Source: a virus. From it: DNA of 40,674 nucleotides. The stretch spans positions 1 through 40,674 of the IMG/VR virus record IMGVR_UViG_3300037246_001354, one strand, 5' to 3'. A program made the translations under genes and the position numbers. The notes under the pieces are model-generated. The model worked only from the letters and a program-made list of their open reading frames with translations, searched no databases and was not told the origin of the DNA. This document shows positions 26,179 through 36,010 of the stretch, piece after piece; positions within the stretch are counted from its first letter, which is position 1; each line of letters starts with the position of its first letter.

Positions 26179-29100
26179 CTACGTGCAATCGTTTACTTCA
26201 AAACTTCCAAGTTTTCCTGATATATTATGGGCGCAACCAAACACATATTTTCCATCGCCATAAACACCACGCAAAGCAGTATCAAAAGTAGTATCAGTAT
26301 CAAGAAGTGTCGGAAAACCAGAACCATTTACTATAATACTATTTAGACCACCTTCTGTTGTATAAACAAAAGTTCCGTCACCCCAAACTTCATCACCACC
26401 CACGTCAGCTAATGAAGTGATATACGTTAAATTACCAGCGCCATCAACAGAGTAAGTCATCAGTCCTTCATTTACATTAGAAATATAAAGGAAGTTTCCA
26501 TCACCCCAAACACCACGATAAGGACTACTACCACCACCTTGTTTATCAGTATCAATCCATGTCAAATTGCCACTACCGTCAACAGAGTAACTTACAACAC
26601 CGCCAGCACGAGCAGCACAATAAATGAAATTTCCGTCACCCCAAACATCATAATATTGCCCAACTCCTATAAAGTGTTGATCTTTAAATGTGAAAGCGCC
26701 AGCACCATCAACAGAATAACTACGAATTCCGTCAAAATAATTAGCAGCATAAACAAAAGTTCCATCTCCCCAAACACCATAATATGTATCACCATCATCT
26801 ATCGAATCTACATAAGTTAATATACCAGCACCATCAACAGAGTAAGACAATAGTCCAGTAGAACCAGAAGCAACATAAATGTAATTTCCGTCACCCCAAA
26901 CTCCTTCATATTGCCCCTTACCAGACTCAAAATGAACATCTACATGAGTTAACACACCTGACACTTCATCAACAGTATAAGTTCTAAGACCGGCAGCAAG
27001 AGCCGTAACGTAGATATAAGTTCCATCAAACCAAACATCAGAGTAAGTTCCGCCGCCTCGAGTGTCAGAGTCTTTAAGTACTATCTCCCCCTGACCTTCA
27101 CAAGATGAACTTGATGATGTACTTGAACTTGAACAAGACATTATTCCTGCATTTAAAGTAAAATTATCGAAAAACCATGTATTAAATTGAAAATTAGGTA
27201 ATAGAGGAAGTACTATTTTAAAAACAATATCTCCTGACCCAAAATCACTCATAGTCGATCTTAAAACAAAACCAGAACCATCTCCTTGGTCAACCCAAAC
27301 CTCAAGTGTATTACCTGTACGAACAAATCTTACTATACCACTAATATAATCCGCATTACTGTCTCTATATGTTTCTAAAACAGAACCATTATATTCTGTA
27401 ATATATATACTATGAACTTGAGAAGTATATCCCCTGTTCAATCGTACCCAATAGTTATTCGATTGATTCTTAACTTCAATATAAAAATTAAGGGGTTGTT
27501 TTACATCAGAAGAACCATGAGCATAATCTATTTCAAGGGATACATCATCTTGGAATTTAGCGTTATTGGTTAATGTTGCCGAACTTGTAAATGGGTCACT
27601 AAACATTCTTAATGTATCACTATCTATTTGACATATACCTGAACCTGTTACTACTCTTGTCCATCTATCAGAATCAGGAAAACTTCCGTTTGGACCTGTA
27701 AAATCATCATTTGGATCAAAATTACATTGTAACACTTGTACTGTATTTGAACTACTTGAACTGACACTTGAACTAGACCAAGATGATGAACTGGCACTTG
27801 AACTAGACCAAGATGATGACGAACTTGAACTAGACCAAGATGATGACGAACTTGACTCAGTTACAAATAATGCCTGCGTCCTGTAATGAAATACGGTCTG
27901 TACTTCAATAGGTTTGTGTAATTCAGAACACCTTGAATAGTACATTAAATCATCATTAACATTAAATAAACCAACTTCTCTTATTGTTAGCTCTTCTCCA
28001 ATCGGAACAATGAAGTCAATATAGTAATTTTCAGTATCTTGCCATACTCTCCAATAGTCTCCACTTGCTGTAACTGATTCAACATCATTAAACGAATATG
28101 GATTATATTCAACAGTTGTGCCATTACCAACCTTCCAGTATCCTAATCCATCTGGACATATTCCAAGTTTAGTTATATCACAATCATTACTTGTTCTTGC
28201 AACTACGACTGGCTCAAACCAAATAAAATAAGCCTCACCTGATTGAGCCGTTCCAAATTCTACAACAGCAGTGCTTCTATTTGGAAGAGTTACACTTATA
28301 GGATTTATATAATTACCATTTGAGTCATAGGTTTGAATAATCATACCATCAGTACCAGTATCATGGTTAATGGTCCAGGTGGTTGAGGCTACTGCTTGAG
28401 TATAATTATAATCAGCAGTTCTAACAAGTGCCTCACCAGTCTGATTTGTTGACCATATAGCTTCTGTTCTATCACCATCTACTATTGATGCGGAAAGAGG
28501 CCATGATTTAGACGGAGAAGTCCAGAAATTGGCAAGGGTTCTAGCTGGAACAGGATACCCACTTGGTGCTGCAGTTTCTAAACCATGAATTATTGTCCAG
28601 GTACTATTTGGTGCTACTTGATCGTACTCAAATGACATTTCAGGTTTATAGTATCCAGCTATGCAAGCAATACCAGATATTGCTTCATCGAAAGTTAACC
28701 TAACAATGTTATCTGTTAATATTTCTATATTGCTTGGTACTACTCTCTCCATTGGTAAGAAAGATACTTCTGTGGTTGGTTTCCACGCTTGGACCATTAT
28801 ATTTGTTCCAAATTCATGTGTTATCGTCCATGTTGTTGATGCATTATATTGAGTATAAACAATTGCAAATTGACCAGCATTAGGTGTTGGTTTAGCAGCA
28901 GATAAGAATTGAGAACCAGTAAATGTAGTATTAAAGTATCCAAGTGATGTTAAAGGGTATAAGGATTCTGTTTCACCGGTTCTACTCTGAATAGAAGCAG
29001 GTGATATAAGCTCTTGATATTGTACGTATTTACCGACAGGTCTTACATACTCCCAGTTTCTTATAAACTCATCTATATAAAACTTATTTAAAATCCAATC

Positions 29101-30240
29101 TTCATTAAATTTATCACCAATAGGTTCAGTAGTCAAATCAATTTCTGTAATATAATGAGGAGTTATTACCATACTACCACTTGGTGTTGCACTACCTATA
29201 TCACAACCTGCAGATGGCGCTTCAAGAGCAAGATTTGGATATGGGTTCATATCAATAGAGTATGGATTTGGTACTGGGGCACCAGATGGGATGAACTGGT
29301 CATACCAAGCTTTTCCAGCACCACCACTTGGAGAAACATTATAAAATTCTAGCCAGTTAAAGTCATTAACGCCAGGAGCAAAACCAGGAAATTCTTTAAA
29401 CGGTGGTATGTCTCCGGCTCCACTTTGACACCACTCTTGCCATCTTTCATATATATTCATAGCATTTACTGACCCACCAGAAAATATGTCATATACTACG
29501 TAAAGTGCGTCGTATGTGCCTACTCTTTTTAAGAAATAAACTAGTAAGTCAACCCACTCTCTAAGCACAGCATCATCAATATCTTCATTAATTAAGATAC
29601 CATACATACTGGCTATATATCCCAACCAGCGAGAGTCTATTTCTTTCGCATCTAACAGCGCCCACAGATATTTGGTCATATTATATGGTTCATGGTTTAC
29701 TTGGTCAAACCATACTTTAATAAGTTCTACTAAGTTAGTTGTTCTATTTACATCAGGTAATGCAGACTCCATATAGTCCTTCATGCCTTCAAATTCTATA
29801 TTCCAAATGTCTTCCTCACCTGATATTGGCCAAATTTTACCAAAGAAACAAAAGGTTCTATTAGTGTTTATGAAGTTTCTGAACTGATCTACATTTTCAA
29901 GGAGATATTCATAGAAATTCCCATCTTTTCTAAAATACATATCATTTCCCACCTCAAATATGGCTGCTGATACGGCTATCCCATTTATAGAGTGAGTGGC
30001 GAGGTTACCATCATATAACATTTTGAATTTATTACCATCTATCTCTTGAATAATAAAACTGTACGGTACAAAACCAAAATCCTCATTATCTTCATATAGT
30101 GTTGTAGCTATACCACCATCTGAAATCAGCGCTTTTTTAATACCCCAAATCCAAGAATCAGATGCTGTTCCTGCTCCACTACCGATAAAATCAAAATATT
30201 CTTTTAAAATATCATAGTTTGAATCACTAAATTTACTCAA
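26179..30240 (-). CDS. giant baseplate-distal fiber-like protein (1353 aa), TTG start
   Basis: TTG start preceded by an AAGGAGA RBS. The ~700-aa N-terminal region is unique, then poly-Ser/Trp linkers (SSSSWSSSS x3), a jelly-roll-like module (LQCNFDPNDDFTGPNGSFPDSDRW...FDNFTL) and a C-terminal propeller of VWGDGNYIYVA repeats. Confidence 0.55.
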   Translation of the reverse strand: MSKFSDSNYDILKEYFDFIGSGAGTASDSWIWGIKKALISDGGIATTLYEDNEDFGFVPYSFIIQEIDGNKFKMLYDGNLATHSINGIAVSAAIFEVGNDMYFRKDGNFYEYLLENVDQFRNFINTNRTFCFFGKIWPISGEEDIWNIEFEGMKDYMESALPDVNRTTNLVELIKVWFDQVNHEPYNMTKYLWALLDAKEIDSRWLGYIASMYGILINEDIDDAVLREWVDLLVYFLKRVGTYDALYVVYDIFSGGSVNAMNIYERWQEWCQSGAGDIPPFKEFPGFAPGVNDFNWLEFYNVSPSGGAGKAWYDQFIPSGAPVPNPYSIDMNPYPNLALEAPSAGCDIGSATPSGSMVITPHYITEIDLTTEPIGDKFNEDWILNKFYIDEFIRNWEYVRPVGKYVQYQELISPASIQSRTGETESLYPLTSLGYFNTTFTGSQFLSAAKPTPNAGQFAIVYTQYNASTTWTITHEFGTNIMVQAWKPTTEVSFLPMERVVPSNIEILTDNIVRLTFDEAISGIACIAGYYKPEMSFEYDQVAPNSTWTIIHGLETAAPSGYPVPARTLANFWTSPSKSWPLSASIVDGDRTEAIWSTNQTGEALVRTADYNYTQAVASTTWTINHDTGTDGMIIQTYDSNGNYINPISVTLPNRSTAVVEFGTAQSGEAYFIWFEPVVVARTSNDCDITKLGICPDGLGYWKVGNGTTVEYNPYSFNDVESVTASGDYWRVWQDTENYYIDFIVPIGEELTIREVGLFNVNDDLMYYSRCSELHKPIEVQTVFHYRTQALFVTESSSSSSWSSSSSSSSWSSSSASSSSWSSSSVSSSSSNTVQVLQCNFDPNDDFTGPNGSFPDSDRWTRVVTGSGICQIDSDTLRMFSDPFTSSATLTNNAKFQDDVSLEIDYAHGSSDVKQPLNFYIEVKNQSNNYWVRLNRGYTSQVHSIYITEYNGSVLETYRDSNADYISGIVRFVRTGNTLEVWVDQGDGSGFVLRSTMSDFGSGDIVFKIVLPLLPNFQFNTWFFDNFTLNAGIMSCSSSSTSSSSSCEGQGEIVLKDSDTRGGGTYSDVWFDGTYIYVTALAAGLRTYTVDEVSGVLTHVDVHFESGKGQYEGVWGDGNYIYVASGSTGLLSYSVDGAGILTYVDSIDDGDTYYGVWGDGTFVYAANYFDGIRSYSVDGAGAFTFKDQHFIGVGQYYDVWGDGNFIYCAARAGGVVSYSVDGSGNLTWIDTDKQGGGSSPYRGVWGDGNFLYISNVNEGLMTYSVDGAGNLTYITSLADVGGDEVWGDGTFVYTTEGGLNSIIVNGSGFPTLLDTDTTFDTALRGVYGDGKYVFGCAHNISGKLGSFEVNDCT
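27757..27866. repeat. tandem 33-nt repeat x3 encoding SSSSWSSSSSS linker
   Basis: cttgaactagaccaagatgatga(a/c)... repeated three times within the 1353-aa gene. Confidence 0.6.
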
Positions 30241-30250
30241 TTTGTTCTCC

Positions 30251-31978
30251 TTAAGTTTCTTGAATTATACTAACTGACACACTCGACAATACAGGAAACT
30301 GATTTAATCCAAGTTGTATTTTTCTTAAGTTGTTATCTCTATCATCATCCAAATCAGCGCTCAGGTAATATGGATAATTACCTATTTGATTAGTTTCATA
30401 AATGAATTTACTTGAGTTGATGTCTCTCATGTTAAAGTTTCTAATATTTGCTACCTGTTCAAAATCGTCATCTGGTGATACCTCTGTTGTGTCCATGATA
30501 TATTCTATAATGTTATTGAAGTCCATTATACTGGCAAATTCTTGATTTTCAGCGCGGAAGAAATAAATCAGTTTATTTAATACATCTGTCTGAACATCAG
30601 TGAACGTGGCCAATCTCTTGATCCTTAGTCCTATTTCATAAGTAAAATATACAAGGTCAGGTACAATAAACTGTTCATAATGTGAAATCACCTTTCTTGG
30701 TCTTAAGTATAGTAACAGCTCTTCTTCCCATGCGGATGAATAAGATAAAGGAACTATTACTGTTCCGGTTGTACCCCAATCGGTTCCCACCTGACTCGTT
30801 ACTTCAGTAGGCCAAGTTATAAGCTGTCCCGCTGAGGTCGTTATTGTTGATTTTCCATATGACAGTGGTATAGTAGAAATTCTAACTAAATTGTATAACT
30901 CTATACTACCAGATGGTGCAATATCTTGTTCACCCCAAGCGGTTGCTCTAACAATATCTGATCTTGAAGATAGATTGGAGTTATAGTCATTCTCAGTAAC
31001 ATTCCTAAATTGTGCTCGAAGAGCTGACTGAGAGTTATTCTTTATTTCTGTAATGGTTTCAGCATTATCACCACCAGTTGTGGCCGCAGATAGCGATAAA
31101 GTTATCAAGCTATTATCTATAAAACTAGCAAGCGTCTGATTTTCTATAAAATTTGCATCACCAATAGTCCATGTGTCACCTGCTTCATCACCACTTATAT
31201 TACCATCCTCACCTAAACTATCAAGTACTATAATATCTATATCATCTTCTATTTCAGGTACGTTCCTTGATGAGTTAAACACGATTTTATTTCTTTCGTA
31301 TCTATCATAAACAAACATAAACACATTATTATTTACTGGTGGGATCAAATTTGTGTAAAAATCACCTACTCTTTCCCACTCTGTGTTATTTACCGTAAGT
31401 TGAATTGATGGTAAGTCGTCATCTAAGTCATCATCATATGCATATGTAGTAGGTAATAATAGATCATTGTCTATTAAGTCTTTACCTGTAAAATTTTCTA
31501 TTCTTGTAACGATGCCTTGTCTTATCGGAAAGGTAAAAACTGATGCTGTGCTAGAACATGTGACTGTTTGGCTGGCAGTTGTAGCAAAGTTGATTGCATC
31601 ACCATCATCCGTTTGTCTTCCAGAATTTAATTGCACCCATGCTTGTACTTGAAGTACATCACCAATAGAACACTCAACTGTTGCAGTCAAAGTTCCTCTT
31701 GATCCTCTAATTCCTTTTGGTTCATATCCTACTTGTCTGGCTAGTCTATTTACACACTCATAAATATCCGCTGTTTCCATATATACATTCTTAGCTATCT
31801 TATTGATAAAGTATGTGTTAATATCACCGTAATATGCCATCAATTCAAGAAGAACTGTTATGTTTGCTCCCTCAAAGTCATAATCTCTGTAAATATCACT
31901 CTGTGCAAGTTCTTCCTTGAACTTAGCAACAAACGTGTTGTAGTCTATATTTAAATAATCTGGATTAAAGTCTGTCAT
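30251..31978 (-). CDS. putative baseplate wedge protein (gp6 / Baseplate-J-like) (575 aa)
   Basis: Assigned mainly by synteny: it lies immediately downstream of the gp25-like gene, as in W-J / 25-6 arrangements. I did not see a diagnostic motif. Confidence 0.35.
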   Translation of the reverse strand: MTDFNPDYLNIDYNTFVAKFKEELAQSDIYRDYDFEGANITVLLELMAYYGDINTYFINKIAKNVYMETADIYECVNRLARQVGYEPKGIRGSRGTLTATVECSIGDVLQVQAWVQLNSGRQTDDGDAINFATTASQTVTCSSTASVFTFPIRQGIVTRIENFTGKDLIDNDLLLPTTYAYDDDLDDDLPSIQLTVNNTEWERVGDFYTNLIPPVNNNVFMFVYDRYERNKIVFNSSRNVPEIEDDIDIIVLDSLGEDGNISGDEAGDTWTIGDANFIENQTLASFIDNSLITLSLSAATTGGDNAETITEIKNNSQSALRAQFRNVTENDYNSNLSSRSDIVRATAWGEQDIAPSGSIELYNLVRISTIPLSYGKSTITTSAGQLITWPTEVTSQVGTDWGTTGTVIVPLSYSSAWEEELLLYLRPRKVISHYEQFIVPDLVYFTYEIGLRIKRLATFTDVQTDVLNKLIYFFRAENQEFASIMDFNNIIEYIMDTTEVSPDDDFEQVANIRNFNMRDINSSKFIYETNQIGNYPYYLSADLDDDRDNNLRKIQLGLNQFPVLSSVSVSIIQET

Positions 31979-31999
31979 CTGTTTTCCTCTTATGTTTAT

Positions 32000-32007
32000 T
32001 ATTTATC
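32000..32007 (-). promoter_or_regulatory. late-promoter-like GATAAATA motif upstream of the gp6-like gene
   Basis: Minus strand reads AAGATAAATAATAAACATAAGAGGAAAACAG-ATG, ~24 nt upstream of the ATG at 31978. Confidence 0.3.
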
Positions 32008-32386
32008 TTGACAATACGAAGTCAATTTGCTCTATTTCTTCCGATCCAACTACGGTGAAACTCATCCTACACCTATACATACTCTGCTCTGGGACGGCCT
32101 CGATGTCAAATCCGGTCACTTCAATTCTATCCTCCCAAATTTCTATTGCTTCTAATATTCCTTCCGCTATTTTTAACGATGTTATATCATCTATTGGTTC
32201 AAATAGAAGCCACCAAGTTGCTGAGGCAAAAGTTGGTAGCATTCTGCGTGTGCCCGGTCTAGTTTTTATAATGTTATTTAGACTGTTTATTATTGCCTGG
32301 ACGTCAGTTTTAATATCAATATCACCATCATTTTGTCTCTCAAGATCGTCGTCTGTATCGCTCCAAACATATGTCTTTATTGCCAT
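32003..32386 (-). CDS. 25: gp25-like baseplate wedge protein (GPW/gp25 family) (127 aa)
   Basis: IIKTRPGTRRMLPTFASATWWLLFEP...ILEAIEIWEDRIEV matches the family pattern iL.T..GeR.m.P.fG..l..l.Fe ... wEpRi. Size is typical for the family. Confidence 0.55.
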   Translation of the reverse strand: MAIKTYVWSDTDDDLERQNDGDIDIKTDVQAIINSLNNIIKTRPGTRRMLPTFASATWWLLFEPIDDITSLKIAEGILEAIEIWEDRIEVTGFDIEAVPEQSMYRCRMSFTVVGSEEIEQIDFVLSR

Positions 32387-32794
32387 TTAGTCCTCTCTTT
32401 TCTTGTCTACCGGTTTAGGATTTAGAGTGATGGTTCCTCTTCTTTCTTTTTCCTCACTTGGCTTTATGGGTGGTTTCCGTCTTGGACCCAGTAATTTTTC
32501 CGTACTTGGAACACTCGAAATAGCCAATACGCCCTCCGTCCTTTTCTTAGCCAATATAAACTGCCGGTTCCGTTCATAGTACTTTTTGTTATATGCCTTG
32601 AGTTTCCCCTCTTCCTTATACTGCTTTTTTCGGTTTTCCGCTAGTTGCTTAGCATGGTCTGTTTCACTATACTCATGTCGCTTATCTTTATAACAGTTAA
32701 GGCAATAGGACTGTTTTCCATCTCGGGAATTTTTGTTTTTTCCGAACTTAACTCTTGGCTCGGACTCTTCACATAGTGGGCACTCTTTACTCAT
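32387..32794 (-). CDS. very basic zinc-ribbon protein (135 aa)
   Basis: CPLCEES...CLNCYKD (CxxC-x21-CxxC), followed by a Lys/Arg/Glu-rich tail. Overlaps the gp25-like start (ATGA). Confidence 0.35.
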   Translation of the reverse strand: MSKECPLCEESEPRVKFGKNKNSRDGKQSYCLNCYKDKRHEYSETDHAKQLAENRKKQYKEEGKLKAYNKKYYERNRQFILAKKRTEGVLAISSVPSTEKLLGPRRKPPIKPSEEKERRGTITLNPKPVDKKRED

Positions 32795-33492
32795 TAGAAC
32801 CTATTCACCGGATTAACTGTAGTTGGTATATTGACTGTTGTTTCAATGTTATCTTCAATTTCACCCTGTAAGTCATCTGATCTATTTTTATACCTGTTTA
32901 AATTCGACTGCAAATCATTATCAAACCCAGTCATTAACCTATCATTATCGAATGATCCATCATCGGATAGGTATAAGTCATCTATAACTACATCCATCCT
33001 ATCCTGTATATCTTGTACTTGACCCAAATAGGGCGCACCACCTGCTTTACTAGTTATACAGGTAATCTTTGTATCTAAGGCATTTATTAGTGACTGAATA
33101 GAATTTACAAGCTTCCAAATTCTCTGAAGCAATTTCATTAGCAGATTTTCCGCTAAATCTAATATGGATTGAATGAGATCAATACCATTTTCTATATTCT
33201 CTAATAAGTCCCTGATATATCTCTTTATTCCAGCTATTCCTTCTGCTAAACAATCATCTATAAATTCATTTATTGGTTCTATATCAGTAGGACCAGCACC
33301 AATTGCTTCCGGAGTGAAATCAGCCATGGCATTTTCAACCTGTACACTTGGGGATATATCCCCCGGATTAAAAGTGATACCCTCTGATCTATACTCATCC
33401 ACTAATGGTTGTATTAATCTTGATTGGTTTTCTAAAGAACCAACATTTTTATCTAACTCGCCTAATATTATTTCATATGGATCGAGTGACAT
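32794..33492 (-). CDS. hypothetical protein in baseplate module (232 aa)
   Basis: ORF from the track; its start overlaps the stop of the gp5-like gene. Confidence 0.35.
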   Translation of the reverse strand: MSLDPYEIILGELDKNVGSLENQSRLIQPLVDEYRSEGITFNPGDISPSVQVENAMADFTPEAIGAGPTDIEPINEFIDDCLAEGIAGIKRYIRDLLENIENGIDLIQSILDLAENLLMKLLQRIWKLVNSIQSLINALDTKITCITSKAGGAPYLGQVQDIQDRMDVVIDDLYLSDDGSFDNDRLMTGFDNDLQSNLNRYKNRSDDLQGEIEDNIETTVNIPTTVNPVNRF

Positions 33493-34695
33493 TTAACTAC
33501 CCTCCACGTTATCCGTTGCCTGTGATAATGATAATGTGTTGTTGATTGGTGAAGTTGTTGGTTGTACACCAGCACCATTATGTGTATCAGTATAATTATG
33601 TTGATGGGCATTATATAAATCTATCATTAATTCATTCATTAGTTTTTTCATTGTAATCTGAGCACCTAATTTTACTGTACCACCCGTTACTGTTGTTGTC
33701 GGTGATGTGACTGTGACCGTAGGTGCTGTAACATTAGTAGGACCGGTAGAAGTAATATCTATATTACCCGTAACGGTTACACTCAAATTACCACCTATTT
33801 CTGCTATTTTATCTACATCTATTTCTTCTAACTCACTGCCCTTTATAAATCTGGTTGAATTATTATCAATTGTTAGGTTTCTATCTCTTTTAATATGTAT
33901 ATTGTTATCAGAAAGTATTATTTCATATCTTTTATCATTGTTCCTTATAATCATTACACCATCATTGTCTATCTGTATGAAGCTATTGCTTGGGTGATAA
34001 AAATTAAGTCTTGCAGCACCCGGTGTTGAGTCTAATTCAAGAGTCAACCCACCATGTGTAGCAATCACTAAGTTATGAGGATATTGTGCAGCAAACGCTG
34101 ATTCTGGTTCATCCCAACTACCACCAAGTGCTTCTGGTACACCTATATCTCTATTAGCATTTTGAGTTTGCACAAGAGTTCCATCACTAACACCTCTTGC
34201 AAGTCTATGAACGTCTGGTTCTCCGAGTCTTACATCTGTTGGATACTGACCATCCGGGTCTTGAAATCCTTGACGTGCAGGTGAATCATCATCAGTACCA
34301 GCAATTTCTGGAATTTCATGAAGAGTTGGGTCATTGGCATCTAAGCTCGCTTTGGCCTCTGGTATACCAGGCATTGTAGCAAAATATCTTGGTTGTGATA
34401 TGTTATTATTTTCAAAGAATAACATAATATGTGATCCTTGAACAGGTATGCTCCACATACCAAACCCACTGATACTACCTTCTATTAAACCGAAACACGG
34501 TTCAGCCCAAGGTAGTTGATCTGTGGGTATACCTTCTAACTCATCCTGTATTTTTTGTGATGTATGTAATCCCCATATCCTTGCTCTTACACGCCCCGCT
34601 TTTTCTGGGTCATTGTTATCTTCCACGACACCACGGTAAAAGCCAGTCATTTTTTCTGATAATATCTTTGTATCAGACAATGGATTTTTTATCAT
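33493..34695 (-). CDS. 5: gp5 / gpV-like baseplate central spike, no lysozyme domain (400 aa)
   Basis: N-terminal OB-fold signature GVVEDNNDPEKAGRVRARIWGLH (gpV/gp5/VgrG). The C-terminus has VTVTGNIDITSTGPTNVTAPTVTVTSPTTTVTGG beta-helix-like repeats. At 400 aa there is no room for the T4 lysozyme insert. Confidence 0.6.
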   Translation of the reverse strand: MIKNPLSDTKILSEKMTGFYRGVVEDNNDPEKAGRVRARIWGLHTSQKIQDELEGIPTDQLPWAEPCFGLIEGSISGFGMWSIPVQGSHIMLFFENNNISQPRYFATMPGIPEAKASLDANDPTLHEIPEIAGTDDDSPARQGFQDPDGQYPTDVRLGEPDVHRLARGVSDGTLVQTQNANRDIGVPEALGGSWDEPESAFAAQYPHNLVIATHGGLTLELDSTPGAARLNFYHPSNSFIQIDNDGVMIIRNNDKRYEIILSDNNIHIKRDRNLTIDNNSTRFIKGSELEEIDVDKIAEIGGNLSVTVTGNIDITSTGPTNVTAPTVTVTSPTTTVTGGTVKLGAQITMKKLMNELMIDLYNAHQHNYTDTHNGAGVQPTTSPINNTLSLSQATDNVEGS

Positions 34696-34705
34696 ATTAT
34701 TTACC

Positions 34706-36010
34706 TTAATTATGTACTAAAATATTGTATTTCTCTGTTGTTATATTTCTTTGTTGTGCTTCTACTAGATACCTTGTATTCATCTTATTAAAAGCATTTT
34801 TTAATAGGACAAGACGTTGAACATATGGGTAATCTCTACCAGGACCAAAATGGTGAGTAACAGACTTTATTAAATACTTACCCTGCAGTACTTCATTAAA
34901 CTTCTGTTGTTCAAGAAAGCTAGGCCAAGCTATCTCTATTTGTTGACCAGCAAACCTATTTTCATCACCTTTCACTATAATATTTAAAACAAATTGCAGG
35001 CTGTATCTCTTTGTCCATGAAGAGTATGATGTAGCTTCAAGTAAATCCAAATCGCTATCTCCCGACATTGATATATTTGAAGATATATCATCAATAGGAC
35101 CATATAGTGAGCTTCTACCTAATAACATTGATTTCTTTATAGCGTCTGAGTAACCCAAATCACTCGATATAAGTTTCTTTCTTGAAAAGTTGTATCCTTT
35201 CCAGCTACCACCTCTTATCTTGGCATTTGAGTTTCTATCCAAACCAGTCATCCAATACTCAAGTATCTTATTCTTATATTGAACGTCCCTCGATGTTAAC
35301 ACATACTTTTGTGTATCAATTGTTCTACCAATATCTGAGAATAGGTAGTTAAGTGTCAATACATTCATTTTCATACCTACACTTTCATCATCTGTGTTAG
35401 CATAGCATAAATACCCACTCTCTCCAGTTATACCGCCCTTAGACCTTTTCATTAAATGACTTATGGCCATACGAGGTGTCCAATATGGCATAATAAAATC
35501 TAATTTTGTTTTACTGTCCTCCATAGCTATCTGAACATCACTGTCTTTAATAAACACCATTTCATCAAGTATATACTTTATAATATCTGTTGATTTTTGT
35601 TCAGTGAAGCTTCTACTATATCGTTTGAGTTGAAACGCTGGAAAGAATGAATCGACAAAGGTTATTTCCATTTGGGCTTGTTCTTGAGTTCTCGCACCAG
35701 TACCAGACTGCTGGATTCTGCCAATCTTCCATATATCAAACATCAAGTTTCTATCTTTATCACCTGATCCATATACTATGATTACTTTTTCATTACCACT
35801 AAACGCACCAAATTCTTGTAGTCCATTTCTATCATGGAATATTAACTTACCTGACATACTATTTCTGAATATATCCTCTATGAAATAACAAGATATAACA
35901 TCTGATCCATCAATGATAACTGGTCTACTCTCAAGTAACAACATAACTGAAAATGTCCTTCTATCCAGTTTGTTTTGCTTGTATTTCCATTTTTTATCAT
36001 AAGTCGCCAT
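34706..36010 (-). CDS. 27: putative baseplate hub protein (gp27-like) (434 aa)
   Basis: Position immediately upstream of the spike gene. Loose similarity to T4 gp27, e.g. YSRSFTEQKSTDIIKYIL ~ FGRPFFPDAGESIKEML. Confidence 0.4.
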   Translation of the reverse strand: MATYDKKWKYKQNKLDRRTFSVMLLLESRPVIIDGSDVISCYFIEDIFRNSMSGKLIFHDRNGLQEFGAFSGNEKVIIVYGSGDKDRNLMFDIWKIGRIQQSGTGARTQEQAQMEITFVDSFFPAFQLKRYSRSFTEQKSTDIIKYILDEMVFIKDSDVQIAMEDSKTKLDFIMPYWTPRMAISHLMKRSKGGITGESGYLCYANTDDESVGMKMNVLTLNYLFSDIGRTIDTQKYVLTSRDVQYKNKILEYWMTGLDRNSNAKIRGGSWKGYNFSRKKLISSDLGYSDAIKKSMLLGRSSLYGPIDDISSNISMSGDSDLDLLEATSYSSWTKRYSLQFVLNIIVKGDENRFAGQQIEIAWPSFLEQQKFNEVLQGKYLIKSVTHHFGPGRDYPYVQRLVLLKNAFNKMNTRYLVEAQQRNITTEKYNILVHN

